A stretch of DNA of 64,000 nucleotides from Malacoraja senta (Eukaryota), in assembly GCA_038087875.1 (NCBI GenBank), contig CM075987.1, positions 16,120,001 to 16,184,000 on the forward strand. The letters are read 5' to 3'. Positions 38,653 through 52,798 of this stretch are shown here, piece after piece. The first letter of the stretch is position 1. Every line of letters starts with the position of its first letter. The notes beneath the pieces are model-generated. The model did not search any database, was not told the DNA's origin, and was given only the letters and a program-made list of their open reading frames with translations. The position numbers and the translations under genes were made by a program.

Positions 38653-41600
38653 TGGAAGTGTAGCCTGGATGGTGCTGACCCAGGTGTGCAACAACAATAA
38701 ATCATCTTGGGAGACACGAGGCAGAAAAATAGAAAGAAAACATTCAGCAGTTTTTACACTTGACTGGAGATTAAGGTTTAATGGGGAAGACAAACTAACC
38801 CACAAGGAGACAACAGTTTCAACATATATCGTTTTGACAAAGTGCCCCAGTTGTTTATGTGGTTCTCTGAGGAATGTTGGGCAGCAGGACTCTCTGCTCC
38901 TCCCTGTCCCAGCACTGCCCTGCTCCCAATAACCAGACAAGCTGAGAAGATGCAGGCACTGGAATTCAACTCTCTCTGTTTATTGCACATTCCACAAATA
39001 TTCACAGTAAAGGGATAGTGAAGAATATACGGACCACCTCAATTCTATGAATGGCTTTTCCAAAAAGTGCCCTATCTCAGCTGCCAGAGGTACATGGTGC
39101 ATCAGTAGATGGGGTTATCTGGTGCACGGCACGTGTTCCCTTGCATTCATTCTACTCACTGTCACTTTAATTCTTGTACTCACGAGATTGACGGATGGCA
39201 ATGCTTACTTTTTTCTCTTGAGGTGCGGGAACATGAAACTTGGTGATGGGGGAGGGGGACCATGGGCTAGGCTTCGGATTATAGTTTCCATGATACTTTA
39301 TTCAATGATATTTTATTGTCACATGTACCTAGGTACAGTGAAATGCCTTGTTTTCATACAACCCGGTCAAATCATATGGCAAACGCCGAGAAAGTTACAA
39401 AGTCACTGAACATTCTTATCTACTGCCTGCCGCCGCACATGACAGCAGGTATCCCCCAAACAACACCCTCCCCCCCACCGGGTCCCCCTTCATTCTCGAC
39501 AGCCCCCCGCCGGCCCCCCGATTGTTCTCAACGGTTTAGTTTAGAGATACAGCATGGTACAGGCTCTTCAGCCTACCAAATCCAACTATTGATCACCTGT
39601 TCACACTAGTTCTGTGTTATTCCGCTTCCTCATCCACTTCCCACAGACTAGGTGAAATTTAGAAAGGCCAATTAATCTACAGACTCCCACATCTTTAGGA
39701 TGTGGGTCAAACCAGAGCACCAGGAGAAAACCCATGTGGTCACAAGGAGAAGGTACAATCTCCACACAGATAGTATGCAAGGTCAGGATAGGATCTGGAT
39801 GTCTGGGGTGGGTGGGTGGGTATGTGTGTATCTATGGCATAATTAGAAACCGTGTTGAGTCTGTTTGCTGCCATCTGCAGTCGAATACCCCATTGCTGCT
39901 TACCATCGAAACTCGCAGATCAAGAATGGATAATTGAGGGTTTCGGGGAGTAGCTGAGCGCTTGAGTCATCAACTCGAGGAGGGAAAAAGTTTAACATTG
40001 AAAGGAGGAAGTGTTCTCAGAATGTCTTTTGTTCTTAATTATCATTTCATTCTGCTAGCAACAACTTTGGCATGGTTATTTTGAGGAAGAAGGTTGAGAA
40101 GGTTCTCTTCACGTTGCTAAGTAGTTCAAAACAATTAGTCTAAATGTAACCTTAAAATACGGAGAAATGCCTTTCTTAGCATCAACAGTGATGTACAACA
40201 CACAATCAAACATTCTGTTCTGATTGTGTACTCTGAATATATTATCTTTGAAAAACTAGTTCAGCAAGGTCTGTTCAACCCTTTAGTGCCTCTATTTGAA
40301 TATAATGTTAAATAGTAACTGTTATGCCTCTTGCCCTGAATAGACAACATGGATATTCTGACAAGCTGAACTTCCAGATGTTACAATTTCCATGATCTGT
40401 CCTTGAAAATGAACTAGAAATGCACAGAGAGCCTTAGCTAACTAAAATGGGGAGAATATCAATCCATTCCTTGTGTTCTAGCCTGTCCACCTCCTTTGTT
40501 TTATTCTCACATGGAAGAGTTGCCTTGTATAGGTGCAGGCAGGACACAAACTGAATTCAGTTTGCGAACAACTGGATAACAAAGCTCATAGCATTGTAAC
40601 TTAGTTGCTAGCACTCTTGTGTCAAAGCAGCATATGTTGAAAATACTCAGCAGGCAAATTGCCTCTAATATCCTGCATCACATAAAGGGTTGTGGTTGGA
40701 TGGGACATTTTGACATAACAAAAGGTGCTTTGAATTTGCAAATCTTTTGCTCATTTGATCCAGACCTGTAGTTTATGGGAACCAACCTATTATGAACAGA
40801 GAAGATCTGGGAGATGTCCGTCTCATGGATCATCATGGATCCTGAAGAACTTAATTAATTACTGAAATAATTAAGTAGATCTCTTGTATGCCCTTAATGA
40901 TTCACAGTTGGAAATATGGAAGGGGGTCTAGGCTCGTCGGCTTTATGCAATGAATTCTTCACCGGCTGAAGATAAGCATGTTGAGCTATCCTTCATACCA
41001 GCCTGGCTATCGCATTACACTACTCTCCCAACCGGGTTTACACACACTACTTAGAGTCGCCAAGGCAGCTGGCAACCCGGAGTCGCATCAGAAATGAGGA
41101 TTGGAAAACTAGAATTAAACTGCGGGGGAGTAGTTGTCATTGATGGCAAATTAATGCTTTTTACCTTGACATCAATTTGGATGGTAAATATTTAGCGTAA
41201 CCATGGTGATTTATCTGGCGTGACTCCAACGCACTAAGAGATGGGGAGCAGTGAAAGGAGAATCAATAAACTTTCTCTCTGCAGGAAAATAACTCCAACG
41301 TTTTCATTTCATGCATGTGGGATTAAAAACCATGCCAAGTGTGTGATGTGTTCATGTGCATTTGTATACTTGTGTGTTTGCACTGTGCTAAGCTGCTCCA
41401 TGGGTGGAAATTCTAACCACAGGAATACTTCCATTAACCTGTGGAGGAAGGAATCCAGTAAATGTAATTGTAGACCATAATCTTTCCAGACAAATTTTGG
41501 AATATAAAAGAGAATCAAGGACAGATCTGCATTTACTCAAAATTGTTTTAAGATTCCATCCAAATCGGTGTCCATAGCTACCATCCACATAAGACAAAAA

Positions 41601-44600
41601 TCAAGACCAATGGATTTGTTTTTTGGTTGAAGGAAGAAAGTGAGTCAGTCCCATTTGAATTGGTTTGCATCTTTCTGGACAGATAGAGGGAACATCACTG
41701 CAACCTGACAAAAAGAATGATGCTGGGAGAGGAGAGGCCTGTAGTTTAGTGTAATGCTTTTCGAAAGGAGAACCTGATGATGTGTAAAAATAATGACATC
41801 AAGCCGAACGCACTCAGCACTTATGTGAGTTAAATGTTATGAGGTGTAGATAAACCATTATTTTTGCTGTAATTGGTTCACGCTTCAATGGAGTTGTGAC
41901 GGCATTTCAGACAGGTGTAGCAATATAGCCTTTGCGCAAGCCTCTTGTGTTACGTGCTATACGAGAGCCTAGCCTCTTGTGTAACCTTTCCTCATGACTG
42001 TTGAAGAACATTGACTCTTGCCTGAATAAGTTTTATTTTTAGTTTTAGTTGAGTTCGCAGCACCAGAACGTTTTTTTCTTGTGACACACAAGAATTCATG
42101 CGTCTAAAGTGTGTGTGTTTACTGGTGAGAGGACATAGCAGAACAAGCCACATCGGCATTGACCACACCAAGTTTGGCCATGTCACTGTTGAACTGTAGT
42201 GGACAACATGGCTGTCCTGATTTACTATATACTAAGCCTCAGCATGTATGAATAAATTACGAATATGGACTGGAAAATGAACAAATTCACTCTACGTTTT
42301 TGAGAATGCAAAATCTTGACTTCAAATGTCCAGACAAAATACATCGTTTCTATGGAGGAGACATTGAAGAATGTGGGAGAATTTCACCAACCACAAGCGA
42401 CTAATACAGCTAAAGATCTAAACAAAGAATCAAAGCAAAGTCCTCGGCTACAAAACTTAGCATGGGGTGCACTGAGACCAGCCATTTTAAAACGGCCAAC
42501 TGTTGTTGTTCCTTAAAGATGGTCGCATTTCAACAGCTTGCAGATTCAATGTTAGTAGTGGCAGCAAATGGCCAGTGCATTAACATGTGAAACGATATAT
42601 CTACAGACTGGAAATAAGTCAAGACATTTTACAATATCAAATTCATCCCTAAAGTGCTATTGGAGAGTCTTCTCTACCAACCTACTGACAACCTTCTCTA
42701 CCAACCTATTGAGATTTGTGTCATTAAGGTCAATGCAGTGCACAGTGCAACACGACATAACATGAGTTATACGACCTGAAAAACTTGTGCGGAGCCTCTG
42801 CTTAACATCCAAAGACACTCCAAAGTGCATCCCTCCCTAGGTAGTGTCAGTCTGGATTATGTTTCTAACCAGTTTATCCAATGACGCATTTCGTTTAAGA
42901 ACACCCTCAATCTCCAAGCCCAGATTACTTGGGAATTAACTCTGTGCAGACAGCACTCTATCTGCATGTCTTTGTGGCACATTGTTTTACAACATGAAAG
43001 GCAATATATAAATGCAGTGTGTGGTTGGATCTACTCTCAGACTTAATCTAGATGCATCTTGAGGGAGGCATTATGTAAAAGTGGCAACAGCAGCTGCTGG
43101 GGCAGAAGCAGTGTGATGACACAGCGGGGAAACTCCTGCCATGTATGACACAATGGGTTTAAAAACAAATAAGGCAGAGACTGAACTGCACAGTGGTCAG
43201 GGCTGGAGTGGATTGTATTGGCACTGTTCCTTCCACTCTCCGTGAAACTGAATTTGCAGAAGTTTTGTGGTTGTGGCTCCTTCAGAATTTATTCAAACAG
43301 AGAAACTCAGCAAACCTTAAATTAGTAACCACTGCATTCTGAGTCATGGAAGATTGAATAGTGGAAGTCTGAAATCACGCAAGCATCACAAAAGCGTGAT
43401 ATGAAAGTGTAAACTGAATGGTCAGCTCAATTCTGTTTTTTCGCTTTCTCCTGAAGATGTCCAGAGGGAATATTCTAGAGGCCGATCTCTCCTTCCTGCA
43501 AATATTTTATCGAGATGGACGTTGTTAAATGATGAGCTATTTTAATTGAAACAAAATCTGAGTCCACACATTTACCAATTCTCATCAAAACATCCCACTT
43601 TTTAGAATCAAACTTTAGTCAATCCAATGCAACTCTGGTTTTCTTCATCATTGGTGCCCAGGCCCAAACATTGCCTTTTCTTTCCTGAATCTCCTTTTGC
43701 ATGCTGCTTAAAACCTTCTACTTTGCTATGCCATTGGGGAACGTTGACCAAACGCTTGGAAAAGTAACTGATTTGAAACAATATCTTAGGGCTCCTGAAA
43801 GGAAAGCCAGTGGTTTTGGCATCAGTGAAATGATGAAAACTAGGGTTGAACTGGACAAGATTAGCTTTAGAAATTGAGGTTTTCATGAGAAGCAGTAAAA
43901 ATGCAAGGTGTTAGTTTTTTGTTTCAGTTTAAATAGCCTTTGATAATCTTACAATTTTACAACCGCTATTGTAGCTGGGTGTTGAAGATCCTGTTATGGT
44001 TAAATATTGAAGATGATATAGAAATGTGTCATTATTTTGTGTTATGTAGATATAGTATAGATCTGATGTATCCCATCAGCAGTAATAAAGCAAAAAGCCA
44101 GTCCAACTGCAGAGACTTTTAGATAGGCACATGGATGTGCAGGAGTATGGATCAGGTGCCGGCAGGTTAAGAGTTATTCTATAGGCATCATGTTCAGACA
44201 TTCTTGGCTGATGGGCCTTTTCCTGTGCTGCATTGTTCTATGTTTAACGTTAATTAGGTTCTACTGACATTACTTGAGCGACACTGTTACCTAAGCAGGT
44301 TCAGTCTTTAGCGGAAAAAACTGCAGCTGCCAGAAATCTGAAATAAAAACAAAATTCTGGAAATACACAGCAGGTCAGGTGGCTTCTAGGAAGAGAGTCT
44401 AACATATTTCAAACTGACCGTTAATGTTATTTAAGGGTTTCTGTTCATGATGATGAAGCATTACAGTCAAGTTCAAGTAATGGTAGGGTGTTTTGTGTAA
44501 AGCCAGACTTGATTCATCTCAGTGGTTGAAATCCAGAGGGCTGGATCAATGCTTCACTCAATTAATCCTCAAATAGAGCCGTGTTCAGTCTTGAAACGTA

Positions 44601-45401
44601 TTCTTCATGAAAGAATACCACCTCCAGTTTAAATTCCATTTGGAATATTTTGGAGGACCAAGAAACCAAGAACCAAGACACAATGACCTTTGGAGGGTAC
44701 AGTAGGAATTCACCAGGGTAATTTGTGGCATCGGGTTAAATTCTGAGATCTTGATGCATGAATATGGCTTCTACTTTTAATTCTGAAGGCAGATCTGTTT
44801 AACAAGGAATAGCTTTTGTGTTTGAAGGAGATGTTTAGTAATGTTAAAAGAAGTTTGTTTTCACAATGCAGCGAACTGCAACAGTGGAATTGCTTATTTA
44901 TCAAATGTAACATCTGCTGTTTCTGTCTCCATCAACCAAGTAAGACAAAAAAAAATCGTTGAGCATTTTATTGTGAAGAGATTGAGCAGCTTTTTTCAAC
45001 AGGAAGTTAAAGCGAAGCTACATCTAGCTATTCATTTGGTAATCAGAGAAGCTGGGGTAGTAATCGGAGCCTCATAACTGTGCACATGCTCAGGGTCATC
45101 AGACAAGACAGAGAACCAGAGGGACGTCTAGGCTATAGGGATTATACCCAAATGCCATGGCTGTTTTGGCAACTCTTTTTCCTTTCCTCATCTGCACATA
45201 CGCCTGTTTGCGGTCATATATCAATGGATTTGATGCCGGCTCATAAAGTCATACAGTACGTAAACAGGCCCTTCATAAGTTCTAGGAGCAGAATTAGGCC
45301 ATTCAGCCCATCAAGTCTATTCCGCCATTCAATCATGGCTGATCTATCTTTCCCTCTCAACCCCATTTCATGCCTTCACCCCATAACCCCTGACACCCTT
45401 A

Positions 45402-45727
45402 AGGGCCTGTCCCACTGTACGAGGTAATTCAAGAGTTCTCCCGAGTTCTCCCCTGATTCGAGCTCGTGTAATGTACGTAGGAGCTTGTGGATGTCACGTA
45501 GCGGCTCGTACGAGTAACGGTAGGTACTCGGGAAATCCGGTAAACTCGTGACGTTTTTTCAACACTGTGAAAAATGTCCACGATTTAAAAAAATACTCAT
45601 GATGAAAAAAAATGTTACTTTTTACTCGTACGAGCCCCTACGTACCCACTACGTACATTACACAAGCTCAAATCAGGGAAGAACTCGGGAGAACTCTTGA
45701 ATTACCTCGTACAGTGGGACAGGCCCT
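45402..45727. mobile_element. PIF/Harbinger-type MITE nested in a CR1 3' end
   Basis: ~70-bp near-perfect TIR AGGGCCTGTCCCACTGTACGAGGTAATTCAAGAGTTCTCCCGAGTTCT...; flanks TTA / TCA (degenerate 3-bp TSD). Confidence 0.82.
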
Positions 45728-48700
45728 TCATTAATCAAAGTTGGCCCTTCTGCCCAACTCACAGATGCAACCAAGATGCCCATCCAAGCTAGTCCCATTT
45801 ACCTATATTTGGTCATATCACTCTAAATCTTTACTATCAATGTACCTGTCCAAATCTTTTAAATCTTGTTGTTCCACCCGCCTCAACTACTTCCTCTGGC
45901 AGCTTGTTCCATAGCTCAGGTTAAATATAGAATCTCTCACTGCAGTAGCAGGCCATTCAGCTCATTTATGCTCGTGCTGTGTGTTTGACTAATACCATAC
46001 CCCTCTCTTTCCATGTAAACTATACCATCACAGATATTTATCGAAAACCTGTCGCGAAACTTACTGTTGAATCAGTTTCCTCTGCGCTTTCAAGAAGTAC
46101 AGTCACGATCATATGAACCCAATGTAAACCATGTTGGTTCTTTTGCCTGGGCGATATTTAATAGCTATACTTGGCAAGATATTTGTGGAGCTAAACTACA
46201 GCTTTTCACAGGCCTCCCATGGGCAAACAGAAGAGAGGGCTATCCCTTAGCTCCATCCTTAGATTAGAACTGAATGTGTATCGCTGCTGATTGTGATAGA
46301 CTGACTGACCATGTTTTATCTGCCCATAAAACAGTTGCTGGACTTTGAACATCTGCAAATTTGAAGCACCTGCAGGTGTTTTAATATTGTAAATTAATGC
46401 ACCAAACAGTAAATGGTTCACCACCTGAATAAATCCAGTTCAGATTTTTCTATTCACCTTTTGGAGACTCTGCATAGTAAACTTTTGCTCTCATAGTATC
46501 AAAGGCACTTTTTTTTTTAAACTGGTCTCAATACTGCACAGACACTGTCATCCTAAGGAGCCAGTTTTTTAATTAGTGATAGGTTTCACACACCATCTCC
46601 ATTTTAATTAAAAGGTAGGCAGAACACTGATCATAAGAAGTTATATTCTCAGCAGATTCCATCCGAGTCCATAGTATAACAACTGCGAGCACATGTATTT
46701 ATTTGGTGTCTCTAACATAATAAATGGTCCAGGGCCTCTTCTTGGAGATATAACCAAACAAAATTAACTCTGGGTCACATAAGGGGTACTGGGGTAAATT
46801 ATCACAAAAGGACAAATTTTAAGGAGTTTAAAAAGAGAATTTGATCGAGGGAGGAAAATCTGGAGCTCAATGTCCATTGTGCCAGAATTCAACACTGTAT
46901 CCATTTTATTCACCCCATGTTCCCAAAGACTCCCCTTAGGTTCGACCACCCACTTACATAATAGGGTGAATTTACAGTGGCCCGTTGACCCAATCAGCTG
47001 AAGGTGGAGCTTACAGTGGGGGATGAGAGAATGTCATTAAGTTTAAACCACTACCTTGAGAAAGGTTCCAAGATCTCCAAGGACACCTTACAATACAGGT
47101 ACATTTCTGGTAGAAGCTATCATTTTGTCTTCCTTCAACGAGCTATTAATGGTTAGGTAGAGAATATAAATTGATTTCAACCCAGGGCCAGCAAACCAAG
47201 GATGTTAATGATTCACTGAGTGCATAATGTGAGAGAGTCACACACTGAAGGAAAAGCCACGCACACAGTAATGGCTTGTTAATGTTTGACAAGACTTCAC
47301 CTCTGGCACTTTACTGGCATGATTTAGGAGTGTCATAGACAACTCTGTGCTTGCCTGGATGAGTATAGCTGCAACAGAATTCAAGAAGCCCGTCAATCAG
47401 GACAAAGCAGAGGCTTGATTTGGACTCCATCTAAACATTGAATCTGTCCACCAATAATTCAGTGTGACTGCAATGTGTAAATACATCGTCTAGGATGCCT
47501 GCCACCCTGGCCATTTCCTTTTCCCTCTTCCACCATTTGTAAGGAGATAAGGGAGCTTGAAAAAACGAGACGTCCCGACTTTAAGAACAACTTAATGCCC
47601 GCTGCTATCACTCCTGAAACCATCGCTTTTTTCATACCACATTCCCAGAGGGGCTGCTACGTACTCTAAACTCCACCTCATTGGTATTTCCATTATTGTA
47701 CTTTAATATTCTTTTGCACTACTTGGATTGTGCACTACAATCTTACATCATTCTTTTGCACTCATATTTATTGTTGCATTTATCAATACTCCATGTACGT
47801 GGTTTACTCTGAGTTCAATGTGAACAAGGAAATTCATTGCATCCTGGTGTATATAACAATAAACTGATCTGTAATCTGTAAAATAAGATGTCAAACTCAA
47901 TTTGTCTGCAACAGCAGGGTTTTAATGGGCTGTCCAGAGAAATATTGTGTATCACCATGGCAATGCCCTCTCTACTTTCCCGTGACTGCCTCGTCGTTCA
48001 TTAATATTTAGGGCAAGACAAGCTACAGGGGACACTCTAATTACCAAGAAACCAGCAGGAATGGTGATGCTGAGCACATTGTTACGATGCGTTTTTATTG
48101 GACATGGCAGGCTGTCTTTGTTACATCCCCTCCCTCTAATAAACTGCTGCACCGCCCTCCTCTTCTGTTTGTCCAGAGAACAAAGAGTGTCAAACTACGG
48201 CTCTGGTTGTTTACAGCATCCGTAATGTCAGAGGGGTTTTTAACAGTAATTCTTTTGCGGAACTCCTGAAGGCTCTTGGCCCAAATGCCAGTTCGACATT
48301 CAGAACAGCCCGAATCTGGGCACCACGGTATCCTGCCTTTGAGGCTACCGTGGAGGGAATGAGTTGTTGCCCATCTCCCACAAAGTGTGTTGTCCAAGGA
48401 AAACGGTAGTGTGTGTGTGCTGAGGTTCATCCCTTGCTCTATCCCAGGGCTCTATGGACTGTTCTCAGTGATGCACACGGAGACAAACATTAATTGCTGC
48501 TGGTTTATCATTAGCTCAGTGACAAATACACTTTGGTCTGCCCGGAACCTGTTGGTCATCAAGTACAGGGAGCTGCTTGTAACTTGAGTGTTGCCAACTG
48601 GCACATTCCATGCAGGTTTACGTGCGGAGGGAGGGGCTGGCACGTTGTACAGCTGCTGTGAAAGCTCTGTGAGGAAATGCCATAGTTTAAGGCATTCCCA

Positions 48701-49246
48701 CAACAGCCCATGGAGGCTGGGCTCTGCAAAGCAAACGTCTCAGACAGAGAATGATTGGGATGCCTGGCTGACATCATGTAACTATGGTAAACAGATGTAC
48801 TACAAGGTACACAGACAATGGATGAGTAGCATATTATGCAATTGCAAGTGTACTCATGAAGGATATATATTGTTAGAAATAAAACTTTCAGATCTCCATA
48901 GCAGGGGCGAAATCTAGATGTAGTTTGATGGGCTTTTGCTGCCTTATCTTCAACAGTGTTCTGCACAGGTGCTCCTCAATGCCTTCTGCAAATTCTCTTT
49001 TATGTCTCCCTTAATTTGTCAAAATAGCAGAGACTCCGGCTGCTGAGGGGCTAACCCGGAGTCACTGTAGACTGACAAGCCCGACCACCACCCATCCCCA
49101 AGCTACATGTGGACACCCAACGCTATTGCTGTCGAAGGGTCTTGGGATCAGCAAACATTAGAAGTTCCCACACTGGCCAGCGTGGGTCAAGTGCAGTGGG
49201 GCAGTATCGTCGAGGTCCCCTACTCGTGTCTGATGTGGGCCCAGCA

Positions 49247-49405
49247 TAGAAATATAGAAACATAGAAAATAGGTGCAGGAGGAGGCCATTCGGCCCTTCG
49301 CACCGCCATTCATTGTGATCATGGCTGATCATCCTCAATCAATAACCCGTGCCTGCCTTCTCCCCATATCCCTTGATTCCACTAGCCCCTAGAGCTCTAT
49401 CTAAC
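49247..49405 (-). mobile_element. CR1-type LINE 3' end
   Basis: ATAGAAACATAGAAAATAGGTGCAGGAGGAGGCCATTCGGCCCTTCG...CATTGTGATCATGGCTGATC is the reverse complement of the CR1 tail above. Confidence 0.8.
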
Positions 49406-50179
49406 TAAATTGATCCTGTACATCACTGAAAGCTTGAGGGATGCCTGTGTTACTAGGACTGCCTTTTGTCTCAAGCTGACAGTAGGTGTAAGTAGTGTTG
49501 TTTTGATTTGAGGTTTAGCCTCCAATCTGGTGTCAGTGCTTGAAAGAAAACATCTCTCTCCAAAACATTCAGGCTGCGGCAATGAGTGGAAAAACAAATG
49601 CAACTGGGCTGCCTGGCTACATGGTTACAGAGGGCCACCATCTCCCGGTAGCAGTTCCCACTGTGTCCCAACAACCCGTGTCACTGTTCTCTGGGCACAG
49701 TGGCTGCACTTTGTGAATTCACAAGAAACTGCAGATGCAGACACTGAAGAAGGGTCCCAACCCAAAACGTTACTGCCTCAATTCCTCCGGGGATGCTGCC
49801 TAGCCCGCTGCGCTGCTCCAGTGCTTTGTGTCTTTTTGCCTACACATGGCTTCAGTATCCAGGGGTGGGAACGAATGAAAAAAAATTTAGCAGAGCTTCC
49901 CAATGAGACATACTGCTGAGTGGTGTGTCTGCAGACTTCAAAAAGCAAATAACTAAGATGTTGGAAATCCAAAACGAAAAACAGAAACCGCGGGAGGAAC
50001 TCGACAGGTTTGGCAGCATTTCCAGAAAGGCCATCAACCTGAAATGCTCTCACTGCTTCACTCTCCACAGATACTGCCTGAGCTGCTGAGAGCTTGCAGC
50101 ATGTTTTGCGTTTAAGCATAAGAGCTGAAGGACATTGGTTACATGGGGCATTGTAGTCAAAGATTTATTTGCCTTACAG

Positions 50180-50290
50180 AGCGCAGCGCAGGAGATTGGT
50201 GAGGAGACAGAAGACGGTGCAATCTATACCATAACGCTGAGGAGGGTGCAGGTGCACCACATAGCGAGCAAAGGACAACGATGGCTTGGG
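50180..50290 (+). CDS. RALGDS: RALGDS exon 2 (SAAQEIGEETEDGAIYTITLRRVQVHHIASKGQRWLG)
   Basis: Acceptor ccttacag|, donor GGG|gtaagc, 111 nt, phase 0-0. RalGDS/RGL family QEIGEE...KGQRWLG motif. Confidence 0.95.
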
Positions 50291-50479
50291 GTAAGCATTG
50301 ATCCAGTGCATCACTACCCAAATCCCACAGTGCCGGGACCACCCCTCAACTCCCCCAGTTCCCACCAGGAACCCTCTCACGGTTGTTATTAACAGCATTC
50401 AAAATAATTGCTTTGAGTGATCATAAAAGACGAAGATGTAGAAGAACAAGCGATACATTTGCATTTCTGTCACACCCGT

Positions 50480-51150
50480 GTGTGGAGGGAGCGCAGAGGT
50501 TGCGTGCGAGGATGTGGCCAGGACTTGAGGGCTTGAGCTATTGGTGAAAGTTTGGGCAGGCTAGGTCTTTATTCCTTGGAGCGCAGGACAATGAGGGGTG
50601 ATCTTATAGAGGTGTATGAGGTGAACAGGCTGAATAAATGCATCATGTACTTTTTCCCAGAATAGAGGTACCAAAAACTAGAGAGCATAGTTTAGTTTAG
50701 TTTATTGTCACCTGTACCACGGTACATTGAAAACCTGTATTGTATTGCGTGCTAACGAGTCAGCGAAAAAACAATACATGATTACAATCGAGCCATCCAG
50801 TGTACAGATACATGATAAAGGGAATAACATGAATAATGTTTAATGCAAGATAAAGCCAGTAAAGTCTGATCATAGATAGTCCGAGGGTGTTTTTAACGTG
50901 TGAGAGGAAAGATTTAATAGGAACCTGAAGGGCAACTTTTTCACACTGAGGGTGATGGGTATACAGGAGGACCTGCCAGACCAGCTAGTTGAGGCAGGTA
51001 CAATAACAACATTTTAAAAACATTTGGACAGGTACTTGGATCGGAAAGGTTTGTCCAAACACAGGCAAATGGGACTGGCTTAGATTGAGCATTTTGGTCG
51101 GCATGGATGAGTTGGGCTGAAGGCTTGTTTTCATGCCTCATGACTCTGTG
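50480..51150 (+). mobile_element. Degenerate CR1-type LINE 3' region with a nested insertion (~50690-50890)
   Basis: GGACTTGAGGGCTTGAGCTAT...TATTCCTTGGAGCGCAGG..ATGAGGGGTGATCTTATAGAGG...TTTTTCACACTGAGGGTG...GGGCTGAAGGCTTG. Confidence 0.65.
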
Positions 51151-51476
51151 ACTCTATCCACTGTTTCTCCCTCAATATATGCTCTTGAAGGCTGTGTGCG
51201 TCTGGCCATTTGTATTACTTACACTGGAATTTCTAGCTTACTTTCATGTTGCGGTTTGTCTGATTGGCTTGTGTTACTCAGCCCCTCCCTGGATAATTTT
51301 GCCACAGCAGCATTTAGGGCTGTAATCATGTTTTGTTGTTGTTTATGCAATACCATGTAGCAGCGGGCAAGAAGCTGACCTTGTGATATCAGGGTGTTCA
51401 GTTCAGAATGTCTTGTCCACAGTTTAATGCTTTTAACCCTGGGTCCCTTGCATCCTAACACGATGTACATCTCACA

Positions 51477-51680
51477 AAGCACTGGAAGCACTCAGCAGGT
51501 CAGGCAGCATCTCTGTCGGGAATGGACAGGTGACTTTTTGGGTTGGGACCCTTCTTTAGATTGGAGAAGGGTCTCCACCCAAAACTTCACCTGTTCGTTT
51601 TCTTCACCGATACTGACTGACTGGCTGAGTTCCTCCAGCACTCTGTGTTTTGCTCACGATTCCATCATCTGCTGTTCCTT
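51477..51680. mobile_element. Decayed fold-back repeat of the same family just upstream of RALGDS exon 3
   Basis: ACTCAGCAGGTCAGGCAGCATC...GGGTTGGGACCCTTC / GAAGGGTCTCCACCCAAAAC...GCTGAGTTCCTCCAGCAC. Further decayed copies at ~22065-22260, 24268-24380, 26500-26620, 31578-31750, 49722-49840, 56477-56600 and 62235-62440. Confidence 0.55.
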
Positions 51681-51716
51681 GTACCCCCATGACATGCCTC
51701 TGCTTCTTCTTAACAG

Positions 51717-51910
51717 GTGGAGAATGAGTCTGCCATGAATCTGTACGAAACGTGCAAAATTCGGACCATCAAGGCCGGGACCCTGGAGAAACTCGTGGAA
51801 TACCTGGTATCGGCCTTTAAAGGCAATGACTCCACCTACGTCACCATCTTCCTCTGCACTTACCGGGCCTTCGCATCAACCAAACAAGTGTTGGACCTAC
51901 TGCTCAACAG
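51717..51910 (+). CDS. RALGDS: RALGDS exon 3, REM/RasGEF_N domain (VENESAMNLYETCKIRTIKAGTLEKLVEYL...LDLLLNR)
   Basis: Acceptor ttcttaacag|, donor CAG|gtgact, 194 nt, phase 0-2. AGTLEKLV and FLCTYRAF REM motifs. Confidence 0.96.
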
Positions 51911-52726
51911 GTGACTGCAGCGGGGCTGTCCTGTTCCCTAGAGCAGAGACAGCTGGGGACGGTGACTCAATAGAGGCCGTTAAGCCATGTGAAGATTCGA
52001 TAGGCTTAACGTAAAGTTAATTTGTGCTTGTAAAGAGATGAGATAGAGGGGGACCTAAATAAAAGCGAGTCATTAAAAGCAAATTAAGGGGAAAGCTCTT
52101 CCCAAGGAGCACTTGCACGTAGAACTCAACATTGTGCGCTCGAGCTTAAGCAAATGTATTGAAGAGAAAACTAGTTAAATACTTGAGGCAGAAAGGAGTA
52201 GAACGTTACAATGAAGAGATGTGTGGAGCCCGAGTGTAATTAACTCAGCTAATTTTTGTCACTGGCACATTCAGTCGAGCTACCCCTGCAGCTTCTCTGG
52301 TAAAGAGCTGATGAAAGACTCGGAGGCATGGTGTCCTGTAGTTTATTAAGTGTGGAGGGCTAAGCAAGAGCTGGCATTCCCATTGTGACAGTTCTGCTCA
52401 CTCCACAGCTCACCAGTAAAGCTAACATCTGGCTTTTCGCATTGAGACTGGTTATTTGGCGGAAGTATTGGATGGTGAAACTGCACTCCAGTCTGAGTCT
52501 TTCATCTCTTGTCCCAGCACAACTGGCCCAGCAGAAACCCTCAGGCCACTACTCAAACCCCCTGGAATCTGCATGGTGCATCACCAGCTGATCCAGCAGA
52601 GAGATGGGATCAAACCCGAGTCCTTTAGAACGAGAAGCTACAGTAACTGGATATTCAGTCTCATCAAATTGTTTTCCCTTTATATAACCTGAACTCATTT
52701 GTTTAAATCTCTCGTGTTTCTTACAG

Positions 52727-52798
52727 ATATGGAAATTTGCATCAAATGAATGGAGATGTTTCTAAACTTACACCTGATGACAGGATGGAATTGAAAAA
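52727..52798 (+). CDS. RALGDS: RALGDS exon 4 (YGNLHQMNGDVSKLTPDDRMELK)
   Basis: Acceptor gtttcttacag|, donor AA|gtaagg, 72 nt, phase 2-2. Bridges exons 3 and 5 in frame (R-YG...ELK-N). Absent from the ORF track. Confidence 0.88.
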
